Part shown: positions 30,286 through 40,624 of the stretch, one piece after another
How positions within the stretch are numbered: position 1 is the stretch's first letter
Layout: every line of letters starts with the position of its first letter
Assembly: GCA_964291215.2 (NCBI GenBank)
Contig: OZ219790.1
Location: 1,856,001-1,920,000, forward strand
Source: Alphaproteobacteria bacterium
GTDB taxonomy: Bacteria; Pseudomonadota; Alphaproteobacteria; MPNO01; UBA830
Direction of reading: 5' to 3'
DNA: 64,000 nt
Made by a program: the position numbers and the translations under genes
The notes under the pieces: model-generated
The model's input: the letters and a program-made list of their open reading frames with translations, nothing else
The model's database searches: none
What the model was told of the DNA's origin: nothing

Positions 30286-30998
30286 GAAGCCCACCCCCCT
30301 TCCTCCTTCGCCAGCGACATGATGTGATCGATAATGGCATCGCTGCGCCGGATTGACGAGTCGAAATCGTTCTCCAGAAACGCCAGCAGTTGTGCATTTC
30401 CCTTGGCGTCGGCGCTGTTGGCCGCATAATGATCGTTAACTCTCACATATATTCCCGACCGCCCGTTGTCGATCCGGACAGATGGTTCCACAGTGACTTG
30501 CACCTGTCCTCCCGTCGGCCGTCCTTCGGGTCGGGTATCCGCCATGGTCAGCGACCGCATCCCGCCGTATTCGCTGTCCAGTGCCAGTCCGAGTTTCTCG
30601 ACACATGGGAGCCAAGGGTCCACCGGCGCTAGCACTCTGCCAACACGATCCCGGGCGCGCTGGCTGGGCGCGCGGCAATGCACATCCCGGTTGACACCAA
30701 GCGCGTTGATAGGAGTATGGAAGAGGTGCTCTCCAAAGACACGCGCGACGAAGTCGCGAATCCGAATGTTCGGCGCCGATCGAGTTACGGCCTGAAAGCG
30801 GTCGGTGGTGGCCTCGAAATGGAGCCATTCCGTGGAAAACACGGTCAGTTCCGGAGAAGCGACTTGCAGCTCTGCATTGTCCGCGGCGCCCTCCGGCAGA
30901 AGGCCGTGCAGAGCGAACCAGGCGGGAGTAAAAGTCGCCGGGTTGAAATTACCCAGCAACACGACGCTCACGCTGCTGATCTCTGGTTCGATACGCAT
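30282..30998 (-). CDS. Hypothetical protein (possibly TIGR04255-like)
   Basis: 238 aa, GGGAG RBS; VVLLGNFNPATFTPAWF, ALGVN, VNDHY motifs. Confidence 0.75.
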   Translation of the reverse strand: MRIEPEISSVSVVLLGNFNPATFTPAWFALHGLLPEGAADNAELQVASPELTVFSTEWLHFEATTDRFQAVTRSAPNIRIRDFVARVFGEHLFHTPINALGVNRDVHCRAPSQRARDRVGRVLAPVDPWLPCVEKLGLALDSEYGGMRSLTMADTRPEGRPTGGQVQVTVEPSVRIDNGRSGIYVRVNDHYAANSADAKGNAQLLAFLENDFDSSIRRSDAIIDHIMSLAKEEGGWAS

Positions 30999-31013
30999 GT
31001 CAGTCTCCCGGCA

Positions 31014-31481
31014 TTACCTTTTCGGCTCGGTCAAGAGGCGCCGCAGCGCGGTCAGTACCCGGCGCGGGTTCTTGCGGTGCATGGCCATGCCCAGCCAGTA
31101 GGCCGCCTCCTCGCGCCCCATCGCCTCTATGCCTTCCGCCACGGCGCGCATGTTGTCGCGGCTGCGCATCGGCGCCAGCGTCCGGAAGAGCAGGCCGAGC
31201 ATGAGAGCAAGGTCCTCGGTCAGCGCATGGCTCCGTTCCGCCGCATCGCCCCGCCGGCCCGGCTTCACGCCTGCCTGCGACAGCCTTTTCAGCACCCGGT
31301 GCTCCACCAGGTCGAGATTGCGGCCCCTGAGACCGGCGACGCGCAGCGCGCAGGCCACATGCGGCGAGGCGGCGGCCGGCAACTGCCAGACCTCGTAGGC
31401 AGAGTCCGCCGGCCCGTGGCGGCGCACCCGCAACTCGTAACGCGGCGCGGACGCCTGCGCCGCCCGTTCCGCCCGCGCCAC
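31014..31481 (-). CDS. Small accessory protein of DUF499 systems (DUF3780-like position)
   Basis: TAGTG overlap with the DUF499 stop; GLLFRTLAPM..EEAAYWLG..RRVLTALR. Confidence 0.7.
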   Translation of the reverse strand: MARAERAAQASAPRYELRVRRHGPADSAYEVWQLPAAASPHVACALRVAGLRGRNLDLVEHRVLKRLSQAGVKPGRRGDAAERSHALTEDLALMLGLLFRTLAPMRSRDNMRAVAEGIEAMGREEAAYWLGMAMHRKNPRRVLTALRRLLTEPKR

Positions 31482-34400
31482 TACGCCCTGGCCTCCGCCC
31501 GGGCGGCAACATACGCGGCGCCGCTGGCGAACCGGCTGAGCCGTCCGGTCAGTTTCTCCGCGGCGTCGCCGGCCATCGGCAGCCCGTTCTCGAAGGTCAA
31601 CTCGAACCCGGCCTCAAGGTTGGCAGAGATGGCGTCGCGAAGCTGCGGCTCCAGGAACTCCCGGACCGGCTGCGCATCCGCCACCGGCCCCCGGAACTCC
31701 AGCTCGAAACTGCCGCCGCCGCGGGTCTCGTACCCCCCGGTCAAGGTAACGATCCGTTCCGCCCCGGAAATCGCGCCCACCGCACTGAAAAGCGGGAAGG
31801 CGTCATCGGCATCGAACAGGCGCACGGTCAGTGCCGCGATCGCCTCCACCTGCTTCGCGCGCGCCTGCTCCCAGATCTGCTGGAGCGCTTCGCGAAGAAC
31901 GCCTTCCGCGGCCAGGGAGACGACAGACGGGTCGGAAGACTCCCCGGCTTCGTGCAATCCTCCGTTTTCCGCCCCTTCCGTTTCCTCGCCGCCAACGCTG
32001 CCCGTGGTGGGATCGGGCGGCCTCTCCCGCGGCCAGATCTCCTTATTCCGCGCATAGGCCATCGTAAAGACCGTCGCCTGCTCGTCGATCCCGATCGCGG
32101 CCGGCGGATCGCCCGGCCCGCACAGCAGGTCTCCGCGCCGATACACATACTCGCCCTGCTCGATGCCCCGCCGCACGCCGCGCACGAAGATGTCGTCGCC
32201 CGCCAGGATCGGCAGGGCCGGGTCGCGGCGGAACTCGTCGCGCAACGACCGCGTCGACATCTGCCCCTTCCCGAGCGGCGTCCGGTCGCGCACATAGGCC
32301 GGCGAATCCGGCTCGTCCTCGGGCAGGCGCAGCTTGTTCAGATCACGCAGCGCCCGCACGACCTGCTGCTGCCCCGCGCCCGGCCGATCCGAGGCCGAGT
32401 GCATGTCGATCGCCGTATGCGCCAGATCGATGTCGCCCCCGCCGACACGGTGGCGCGAGGGGTAGAACACATGCCGGTAGCATTGCTGCACGGCAAGCGC
32501 CAGGTCATGCTCCGAACGCGCCTCCATCTCACGCAGCTGGGCCTGCTGGTGCTCCGCCAGATCGACCAGACGTTCCGGCTTCTTCATGTCCCGCAGCGCC
32601 AGCCGGCGGCGGGTCCGGCGGCGCATGTCCTCCCCGCGCTCCCCGTCGGCGGCCACGAAGACCAGATTGTTGCGGAGCAAGCGCAGGGCGGCACCTTCCG
32701 ATCCCTTCCGCTCAAAGATGCGCCCGATCAACGCCGGCACAGCCTCGACCGAGGCGCCGACGGTCACGGCATCATAGCCGAGAACCACCAGTTTCGGGCG
32801 GCCGTCCCCAACCTCGTCGGCCACGTCGAACGGGCCGCCCGGAAACGGTACCGCCTCCAGCGTCCCGCCGCGGAAAATCGTGCCGATCCGGTCGTTCAGC
32901 TCCGCCCGCACGTCCCCGGCGTCGATATGGTCTTCCGTGCGCCGGATCATCTGGTTCAGATTGGCCTCCGCCAGAAAGCGCATCGGCGCGCCGGGGCGGT
33001 CGTCGAGGTAGGCGGACTCGGCAATGAACCTTTTGCGCGCCTCCTCGACGAAGCCGATGTCCATCGACGCGCCCAGCACCGAATAGCGCAGCCGCTCCGG
33101 CGATACCCCCTTCAGCGGGTCGTTGAACGCCAGCGTGTGCATGAAGATGGCGCGGGCGACACAGGAGGCGTAGGGCGGCAGTCCCCCGTGATGCGCGGCG
33201 TCTATCTCCTCGGACAGCGCCGCCTTGCCGCCCCCGGACACGTCGTTGGAAATGGCCGGCGCAAACGCCGACTGCCCGAGACGGGTCACGATCTCCTGCC
33301 GGACGGGTCCGTGGCCCGGGTCGATATGGTGCAGGTGGATGGCCGTCGCGTGGGCCGGCCGCTCCGCCCACAGATGGGCCACCGTGCGCGCCAGCAGCCG
33401 CAACATGCCCCGCACACGCTGGAAATTGCCGAGCGTCGCCGTCTTCGCCGTCAACGTGTCCAGAACCTCCGGGTGAAGAGGATAGCTCGAAAGGAACGCC
33501 GCGGCCGCTTCCGGGCGGTTGGCAGCCTCCGGCAAAGCGTCCGCGTGGGCGCTCCACTGCGCCCGGTAGGCGTCCGCGGCAGCAGCGGCCGCCGTCTCGT
33601 CTATCGACTCGAACAGGCGGCGGCGGAGCACCCAAGCCGTCTCGTCCTCTTCGGTGGGGTTGAGCAGTGTAGCCTTGCGCGCCGACACGCTCTCCGCCTC
33701 CGCCATGCCGTCGGCGATGAACCGGTTCTCGTCGCGGTAAGCGTCGGTCGCCCGTCCGTCCTTGCCGATCGCCAGCGTATGGACGAGGGCGGCGTTCGGC
33801 GCGCCTTCCACGGCCTTGAACAGCGAGGTCAGGAACGCTGTCAACTGGTCGCGGGCGTGGCCGAGAGCCGCTGCCTTGCGCAGATAGACCGACAGCTCGT
33901 CGAGCAGGATCAGCGCCGGTTCGCCGCCGAACAGCTCACGCAGCGTTTCGGCCCCGGGCGCGATCCGGCGCTCGTGCGCACCCGCTCATATCCGTCCCGG
34001 CCCGCCAAGGCCGTGGCGATCTCGCCCCACGGCGTAAAGGCGAGATGCCCGCCTTCCATCCGGCGCCCGTTGGCCGGATCCGCGTTTTCCCCGTCAAAGG
34101 CGGCAATGCGCACACGGCCCCGCGGCAGAAGCGCGGGATCGACGAACTCGGAAATCCCCGGCAAATCGACGCCGCCGCCCGCAGCGTGGCACAGCGCGAT
34201 CAGGCCGTGCGACTTGCCCCCGCCATAGGAGGTGTCAAGACGGAAGATCGACGCCGCTTCGCCGCCCGCGCCGCTCAGCCGGGCGCAGACATTGGCCAGA
34301 AGGCTCTTCAAACCTCTCGTCGGGTAGGTATTGGCGAAGAACCGGGCCGGATCGACATAGTCGGCCGCGCCCTCGCCAACCACCACCTGAGACAGGTCCG

Positions 34401-34482
34401 CCGCGAAATCGGCCTCCGTCACGGCGCCCGCCAGGACATCAGCGCGCGGGCGGCAGGACTCGAAAATCGTCGGTATCGTCAT
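31481..34482 (-). pseudogene. DUF499 AAA+ ATPase, single frameshift near 33975
   Basis: ADFAADL, FFANTYPT, Walker A YGGGKSH in one frame; Walker B LILLDEL, SYPLHPE, FQRVRG in another frame. Confidence 0.88.
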
Positions 34483-34921
34483 CGCGCGCCCTCGGCCCTC
34501 CTGCTTCTGTCAACCGGGCCCGCTGCGCCGATCCCGGATCTCCGGAACCGCCGGCCCAGCATGTCTCCATCGGCGACAGGCCGCGGCTTCGCGCCGTCAC
34601 GACACAGACGGCAGCCATCGTCGCTCCCGCCTCGTATCCGCCAGTCAACGCTTGCGCGAAACATACGCCAACACGGGCAAGGCTGTCCAATCGCCGGCGG
34701 GCCTTCACCTCATCATCGCGACTGCTCACCGGCCAGCAAAGAAACCGTCCCGGCAGACCAAGAGACCAAGGCCGCTGCCCCCCCGGAAGCACAAGCCTGA
34801 ACGCCAGCACGAAGGCACCCAACTCCCGCAAGCTGTCGCGCCATTGCCGCTGCTCTTCCTCCGTCAGCACACTCAAGCTCCATGCCGAACGTCATTTGGC
34901 CCGTGCCATAGCGGTACCGCT

Positions 34922-35115
34922 CAGGACTTTCCCATGCTGTGGTTGATGTTCTGAATGACCGCTGAACGGAGCACAAATTTCCGCATTCTTGCCAGGATTT
35001 CCGGCTGCGACGACCCGTGAACGGCTCCGCGGCCAGAAAACCCGGCAAAGTTGGGCCTGTGCAACCTCCTTCCATCAGCAGTCGGCAAGATCGAATGCAA
35101 CGCGGGAAAGTCCTG
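34922..35115 (-). mobile_element. MITE-B, copy 2
   Basis: TIR CAGGACTTTCCC / GGGAAAGTCCTG; reverse-complement homolog of 14572-14763. Confidence 0.8.
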
Positions 35116-35206
35116 GAGCTGCACCACCATCTGGTTCCCGATGGCACGATCCGGTATAACGATGGCCGGGCTGCAGCGACCCAAGCTAGCGCACGGTGCC
35201 ATCGCC

Positions 35207-37315
35207 ATGAATACAGCCATCGCCGAGCGGCCCCGCTCCGACGCGTCCCGTCCCTTCGAGATTGTCTCGGACTTCAGGCCTGCGGGCGACCAGCCGCAGG
35301 CGATCACGGCGCTCCTTGACGGCGTCACTGCCGGCGAACGGGACCAGGTGCTGCTCGGGGTGACGGGCTCGGGCAAGACCTTCACGATGGCCCATGTCAT
35401 CGAGCAGCACGCGCGACCCACGCTCATTCTGGCGCACAACAAGACCCTTGCCGCCCAGCTCTACGGAGAGATGAAGACGTTCTTTCCATACAACGCCGTC
35501 GAATACTTCGTTTCATATTACGACTACTATCAGCCGGAAGCCTACGTACCCCGGTCAGACACCTACATTGAGAAGGATGCCTCGATCAACGAGCAGATCG
35601 ATCGCATGCGCCATTCCGCTACCCGTGCGCTGCTCGAACGGGACGACGTGATCATCGTTGCAAGCGTGTCCTGCATCTTCGGCATCGGATCGCTCGCGAC
35701 CTACCAGGCAATGACGATTCCCCTGCATCCGGGGCAGACCATCGAGATGGGCGACCTCACGAGAGAGTTCGTCGCCCTGCAGTACCGGCGCAACGACACG
35801 AACTTCATCCGCGGAACCTTCCGCGTGCGCGGCGATACGGTCGAGATCTTTCCTGCCCACTATGAGGACAGGGCCTGGCGCCTGTCCTTCTTCGGCAATG
35901 AGATCGAAGCGATCAGCGAATTCGATCCGCTGACGGGCGAACGCATAGCCGTGCTTCAGGAAATTGTCGTCTATGCCAACAGCCACTACGTGACGCCGAG
36001 ACCGACGATCCGCCAAGCGATTCAGCACATCCGCAACGAGCTGAAGGAACGGCTGGAGTGGTTCGAGGCCGAGGGCAAGTTGCTCGAGGCGCAGCGGCTG
36101 CGCGAGCGCACGCGGTTCGATCTCGAGATGCTGGAAGCGACCGATCACTGCACCGGGATCGAGAACTACTCACGCTACCTGACCGGCCGGGCGGCCGGAG
36201 AACCTCCACCCACCCTGTTCGAATATCTTCCCGACAACGCGCTCCTGATCGTGGACGAGAGCCATGTCACGATCCCCCAGGTCGGCGGAATGTTCCGGGG
36301 CGACTTCAACCGCAAGTCCACTCTCGCCGAGTTCGGCTTCCGGCTCCCCTCATGCGTCGACAACAGGCCGCTCAAATTCGAGGAATGGGACGCAATGCGG
36401 CCGCAGACAATCTATGTCTCCGCAACGCCGGGCCCGTGGGAGTTGGAACAGGCCGGCGGAACCTTCGTCGAGCAGGTCATCCGCCCGACCGGGCTGATCG
36501 ATCCGATCTGCGTGGTTCGTCCGGTCGCCAACCAGGTCGACGACCTGTTGCGGGAATGCCGGACCCGCGCCGAGGCCGGGCAGCGGGTCCTGGTGACGAC
36601 CCTGACCAAGCGCATGGCGGAACACCTGACGGAATACATGCATGAAGCCGGCCTGAGGGTCCGCTACCTGCACTCCGATATCGACACGCTGGAGCGCATC
36701 GAGATCATCCGCGATCTGCGGCTGGGCGCTTTCGACATCCTGGTCGGCATCAACCTGTTGCGCGAGGGGCTCGACATTCCCGAGTGCGCGCTCGTCGCCA
36801 TCCTCGACGCGGACAAGGAAGGTTTTCTGCGCTCGCGGACATCCCTGATCCAGACAATTGGACGCGCCGCCCGCAATGTCGACGGCCGTGTCATACTCTA
36901 TGCCGACATCGAGACGGAATCGCTCCGCTACGCGATCGAGGAGACCGACCGCCGTCGCAACCTGCAGGAAGCTTACAACGCCGCGCAGGGAATCACCCCG
37001 GAAAGCGTGAAGAAGAACATCGCGGATGTCCTCGAGAGCGTCTACGCCCAGGATTCGTTTACGATCGGAACGGATGACGACGAGACCCCACACATGATCG
37101 GGCACAATATCGAGAGCTACATCGCGGATCTCGAGGAACGGATGAGGGAAGCCGCCGCCAATCTCGAATTCGAGGAGGCGGCACGGCTTCGCGACGAACT
37201 CCGCCGCATCGAGAATGTCGAGCTTGGCATCCCGATGGGGCCGCGCCGCTTGCAGGCGCGCATGGACGCTGCCGCCAGGCGTCACCGCAAGTCGAAGGGC
37301 CGAAAGCGGCACTGA
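35207..37315 (+). CDS. uvrB: Excinuclease ABC subunit B
   Basis: [56 protein letters not shown]. Confidence 0.98.
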   Translation: MNTAIAERPRSDASRPFEIVSDFRPAGDQPQAITALLDGVTAGERDQVLLGVTGSGKTFTMAHVIEQHARPTLILAHNKTLAAQLYGEMKTFFPYNAVEYFVSYYDYYQPEAYVPRSDTYIEKDASINEQIDRMRHSATRALLERDDVIIVASVSCIFGIGSLATYQAMTIPLHPGQTIEMGDLTREFVALQYRRNDTNFIRGTFRVRGDTVEIFPAHYEDRAWRLSFFGNEIEAISEFDPLTGERIAVLQEIVVYANSHYVTPRPTIRQAIQHIRNELKERLEWFEAEGKLLEAQRLRERTRFDLEMLEATDHCTGIENYSRYLTGRAAGEPPPTLFEYLPDNALLIVDESHVTIPQVGGMFRGDFNRKSTLAEFGFRLPSCVDNRPLKFEEWDAMRPQTIYVSATPGPWELEQAGGTFVEQVIRPTGLIDPICVVRPVANQVDDLLRECRTRAEAGQRVLVTTLTKRMAEHLTEYMHEAGLRVRYLHSDIDTLERIEIIRDLRLGAFDILVGINLLREGLDIPECALVAILDADKEGFLRSRTSLIQTIGRAARNVDGRVILYADIETESLRYAIEETDRRRNLQEAYNAAQGITPESVKKNIADVLESVYAQDSFTIGTDDDETPHMIGHNIESYIADLEERMREAAANLEFEEAARLRDELRRIENVELGIPMGPRRLQARMDAAARRHRKSKGRKRH

Positions 37316-37519
37316 GCAAGGAGGCGCCCGAGGTGGAATCCACGGGCCGGCGGCGGAACCGATTTCTGGCCTTGTCGCGCCGCAAGCGCCATATCACAAT
37401 CTCACCATTGTATTTCTGACAAACATCGGAGCGGAATCGAGCCATGCGCGGCCACCCGAAACAGATCATGGATCATGCTTCGGCCCTGCCCGAAGCCACA
37501 CCGATTTGCCCGGGCGCCC

Positions 37520-37700
37520 TCCTTCACCTTGGTGATCCCGATGCTGACCCAGCACTACGCAATGCTGAAGAGAAGCCTGATCTATTCCGGGATGACGGGC
37601 GGCAAGCAGCTGGTGGTGCTGGTGGCCAGAAGGAGGCGGTCGCCATGGCAGTGCGCAACGCCTCAAGACGCCGGCGCCGGTTGCGACTGGACGAGTGGCC
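37520..37700 (+). pseudogene. RecD2/TraA-like helicase C-terminal fragment
   Basis: VIPMLTQHYAMLKRSLIYSGMTGGKQLVVLV then, frameshifted, GQKEAVAMAVRN. Confidence 0.6.
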
Positions 37701-37739
37701 GGCCGGAGCAACGGATAGAGCCGAAGCAGTGGCGGCCGG

Positions 37740-38552
37740 ATGTGCGTCGTGTCCATAGAAGACGTCATGTACGAAATATTCGGGCCGCTGTCGCAAGGCG
37801 CTCCGGGAAACGACGCTTCGACGCTGCGCGCTCTGGATGCGGTGCCGCACCGGGATACCCTTCGACGAGTGCTCGACCTGGGTGCGGGCCACGGACGGAC
37901 AACCCTCGCCCTGGCGCAGGCGCTTCCGGATGCCCTCATCACAGCGGTCGAGATCCACGAGCCCTTCGTCGAGCGAATCGCCGAACGCTTCCGCAAGTCA
38001 GGCCATGCGGACCGCGTCCATGCGATGTGCGGGGATATGGCGAAGATTGATGTTGTCGCGGGGAGTGTCGACCTGATCTGGGCCGAAGGCTCAATCTACG
38101 TCGTGGGCATGGAGCGAGCGCTCGTCATGTGGCGCCCCTGGCTTCGATCGGACGGTTGCCTGGCATTCAGTGACTTCGTTCGGTGGGCCGGCGGCCTTTC
38201 GAAAGAAGCCCGCGCGTTCTGGGCGGTCGAATATCCGGACATGGCGTCCGAAGCGGAGATTCGTTCGCGCGCGGGAGCCGCCGGCTACCGGGTTGTCTGC
38301 AGTTTCCGGATGCCGAGGGACGCGCACGAGGCCTACTACGTCCCGCTGGAGGCGCGCATGGCCGAGTTTGCGGGGAGCGCCGACGCGGACGTGCTGAAAG
38401 TGCACGAGGGCATTCGAAAGGAGATCGACATCGTCCGACGCTACTGCGACGAGGCGGGCTACACGTTCTTCGTTCTTCAGCGCGCCGACGGTCGCGCCCG
38501 GGTTGCCGGCGACAACGGGGCGGATTCGGTGGGTTGGGCGGCAAGTCGGTAA
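37740..38552 (+). CDS. Class I SAM-dependent methyltransferase
   Basis: VLDLGAGHG, DLIWAEGSIY; start codon uncertain. Confidence 0.85.
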   Translation: MCVVSIEDVMYEIFGPLSQGAPGNDASTLRALDAVPHRDTLRRVLDLGAGHGRTTLALAQALPDALITAVEIHEPFVERIAERFRKSGHADRVHAMCGDMAKIDVVAGSVDLIWAEGSIYVVGMERALVMWRPWLRSDGCLAFSDFVRWAGGLSKEARAFWAVEYPDMASEAEIRSRAGAAGYRVVCSFRMPRDAHEAYYVPLEARMAEFAGSADADVLKVHEGIRKEIDIVRRYCDEAGYTFFVLQRADGRARVAGDNGADSVGWAASR

Positions 38553-38574
38553 GGAGGATCGAGCCAGCCGGGGC

Positions 38575-38767
38575 CACGACGATCCCATGCTAATTTGAAG
38601 ACGCGAAATCCGAATGCGTTGGGGTTCGGCTCATCACAGATCGCCTCCTTGATCGCAATTTTCGTGTCAAGAAGGCCCCATTGAGCCTTGGCGGCACGAT
38701 TGCAGCGCGACGCAAACTGAGAAAATCTCGCCAGTCGTCGCCGGATTAGCAGCGTGGAATCACCGTG
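38575..38767 (-). mobile_element. MITE-A, copy 2
   Basis: TIR CACGACGATCCCATGCT / AGCGTGGAATCACCGTG; perfect 10 bp TSD CAGCCGGGGC. Confidence 0.85.
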
Positions 38768-39057
38768 CAGCCGGGGCGGTCAGGGGACGGTCGGGCTGCC
38801 CGGCTGGAAACAGGCTGCCAGATGCCGCGCGGAACGAAGCAACACGCTACTCAATCGCGACGAAGGAGGCGCTCCCGATCCCTTGGCCTGTCCCGTCCAC
38901 AATGGACGGAACCCGAACAATGGCAGGGAGGATTGGTGAAAGAGCCAAGCCTGCTGTTTGGCAGAATAGCTTCCCTGGATCGACTGCGGGGCTGATCTGC
39001 CGCTGCGAAATGCCGAGGGACATACACCAGCCAGCAATGGAAATTCGATATTCCAAG

Positions 39058-40583
39058 GTAACTGCTCACCCCCTGGTTCCGGCTTGATGTCGGGGTAGAG
39101 CAACGAACGGGTTTTCGTGGAGATTTGACACTGCAGGCCGATTCGTTTAGTGGTGGTAATCGAGAACGACGGGGACCGCCAGTGGGCTACTTTGGATCGA
39201 AGGCGACGAGCGGGCTGTGCCAGCTGCTTCCGGGGCTCCAGCCCCCGCATGATCTGTATGTGAAAACGCATCTCGGAAGCGGCGCGCTGATGAAGCGCAA
39301 GGCCGGGTGATGGCGACGGTCAACGCGGCGCGCGAGGAGTTCGAAGCGGCCAGGACCGCGGCGCTGCCGGCAAGGTGGCGGAAGAGGCCGTCATCCGCGT
39401 CTTCGTCATCCTGCTCGACATCCTCATCGTCGTCCTTCTGGAGAAGACTACGCACGAGCCGGAACTCTGGTCTGCCGCCGTCACAGACGGACAAGAGCGT
39501 GCCGGAAGCAACGGCAAGGGCCCGAAGCCGAACCGGCAGATGGGCGACAACCTGCGCAAGACCATCGTCGAGGAAACGGTCGCGGCCTGCGACGCCTGCG
39601 GCGCCGACATCGACGGCCCCGTCGATCGGGAGCGCCGCGTCCTCTATGACATCGTGTTCGAGGTCGTCGAGCGCCGCGCCGAGATCAAGGAATGTCCGAA
39701 GTGCAAGGCCCGGGGCCGGTTCCCCGACAACATCCCGTGCAGTACGGCATCCAAGCCCTCGTCATCAACCTGCTGGTCGCCCAGATGCTGTCCCTGCGCC
39801 GTGCTGTCGCGCTCGTGCAGGCGATCTCCGGCATCAAGCTCTCCGAGGCCTCGGCTATGCTTTCACGATGCGTCATGGGAGGAGACCGCCGTGGCGCACC
39901 TCCTGCAACGCCCGATGTCGACGATTTCGGATCAACAGTAAGTGGCTCCATGTCGTGGGACCCTGACGTGCAAGTTCCCGCACCGCAAGCGCGGGCAAGA
40001 GATCGGCATCATCCCGTGCTACAAGGGCGTCCTGGGCCTCGTACATGGCAGTGTAGCCACCAGTTGTGCGGCAGCCACCTGCTGCGCGAACTGACCTTTG
40101 TCGTCGAGGCTACCGCTGGGCGCGACTGATGAAGAGCCTGCTCCGCGAGGTCTGCCACAAGGTCAACAAGAGCGCATCCAAAACCCTGAACGACGCCGGG
40201 CGCAAGCGCTACCGCACCATCAGGGCGCCAGGGAACTGCCCGACATCCGCCGCCGCCGAAAGGAAAACGTGGACGCAAGTCCGACGCGCACAACCTGCAC
40301 GAACGTCTCGTGAAACACGAAAACCTGCACTTCACAGACGACCCCAACGTCAGCTTCACCAACAATGCCGGAGAACAGAAGATCAGGATGGCAAAGCTCA
40401 AGGTGTCCGGATGCTTCCGCTCCACGCAAAAGCATGGTGCCGGGGCTCAAGCTACCTCACCTCCATGGCCGCACTCGGCTACAACCCACTCGTCGCCACC
40501 CAGATCGCCCTCGACGGAAAAGCCGCAGACATCATCAACGAGCACTACGACCAATCAGAACCCAACTAGGGGTGAGTAGATAC
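39058..40583 (+). mobile_element. IS66-family element, copy 4 (decayed)
   Basis: Same TIRs; 9 bp duplication TATTCCAAG. Confidence 0.93.
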
Positions 40584-40624
40584 TATTCCAAGTTTTTTCT
40601 CTGGTTGCCTATGCTTTGAAAATA

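Noticed and set aside
34700-34880. Small hydrophobic ORF with a G-tract upstream of DUF499 as a phase-variable regulator
   Set aside because: The tract is only about 7 nt, unremarkable at this GC content, and no family is recognisable
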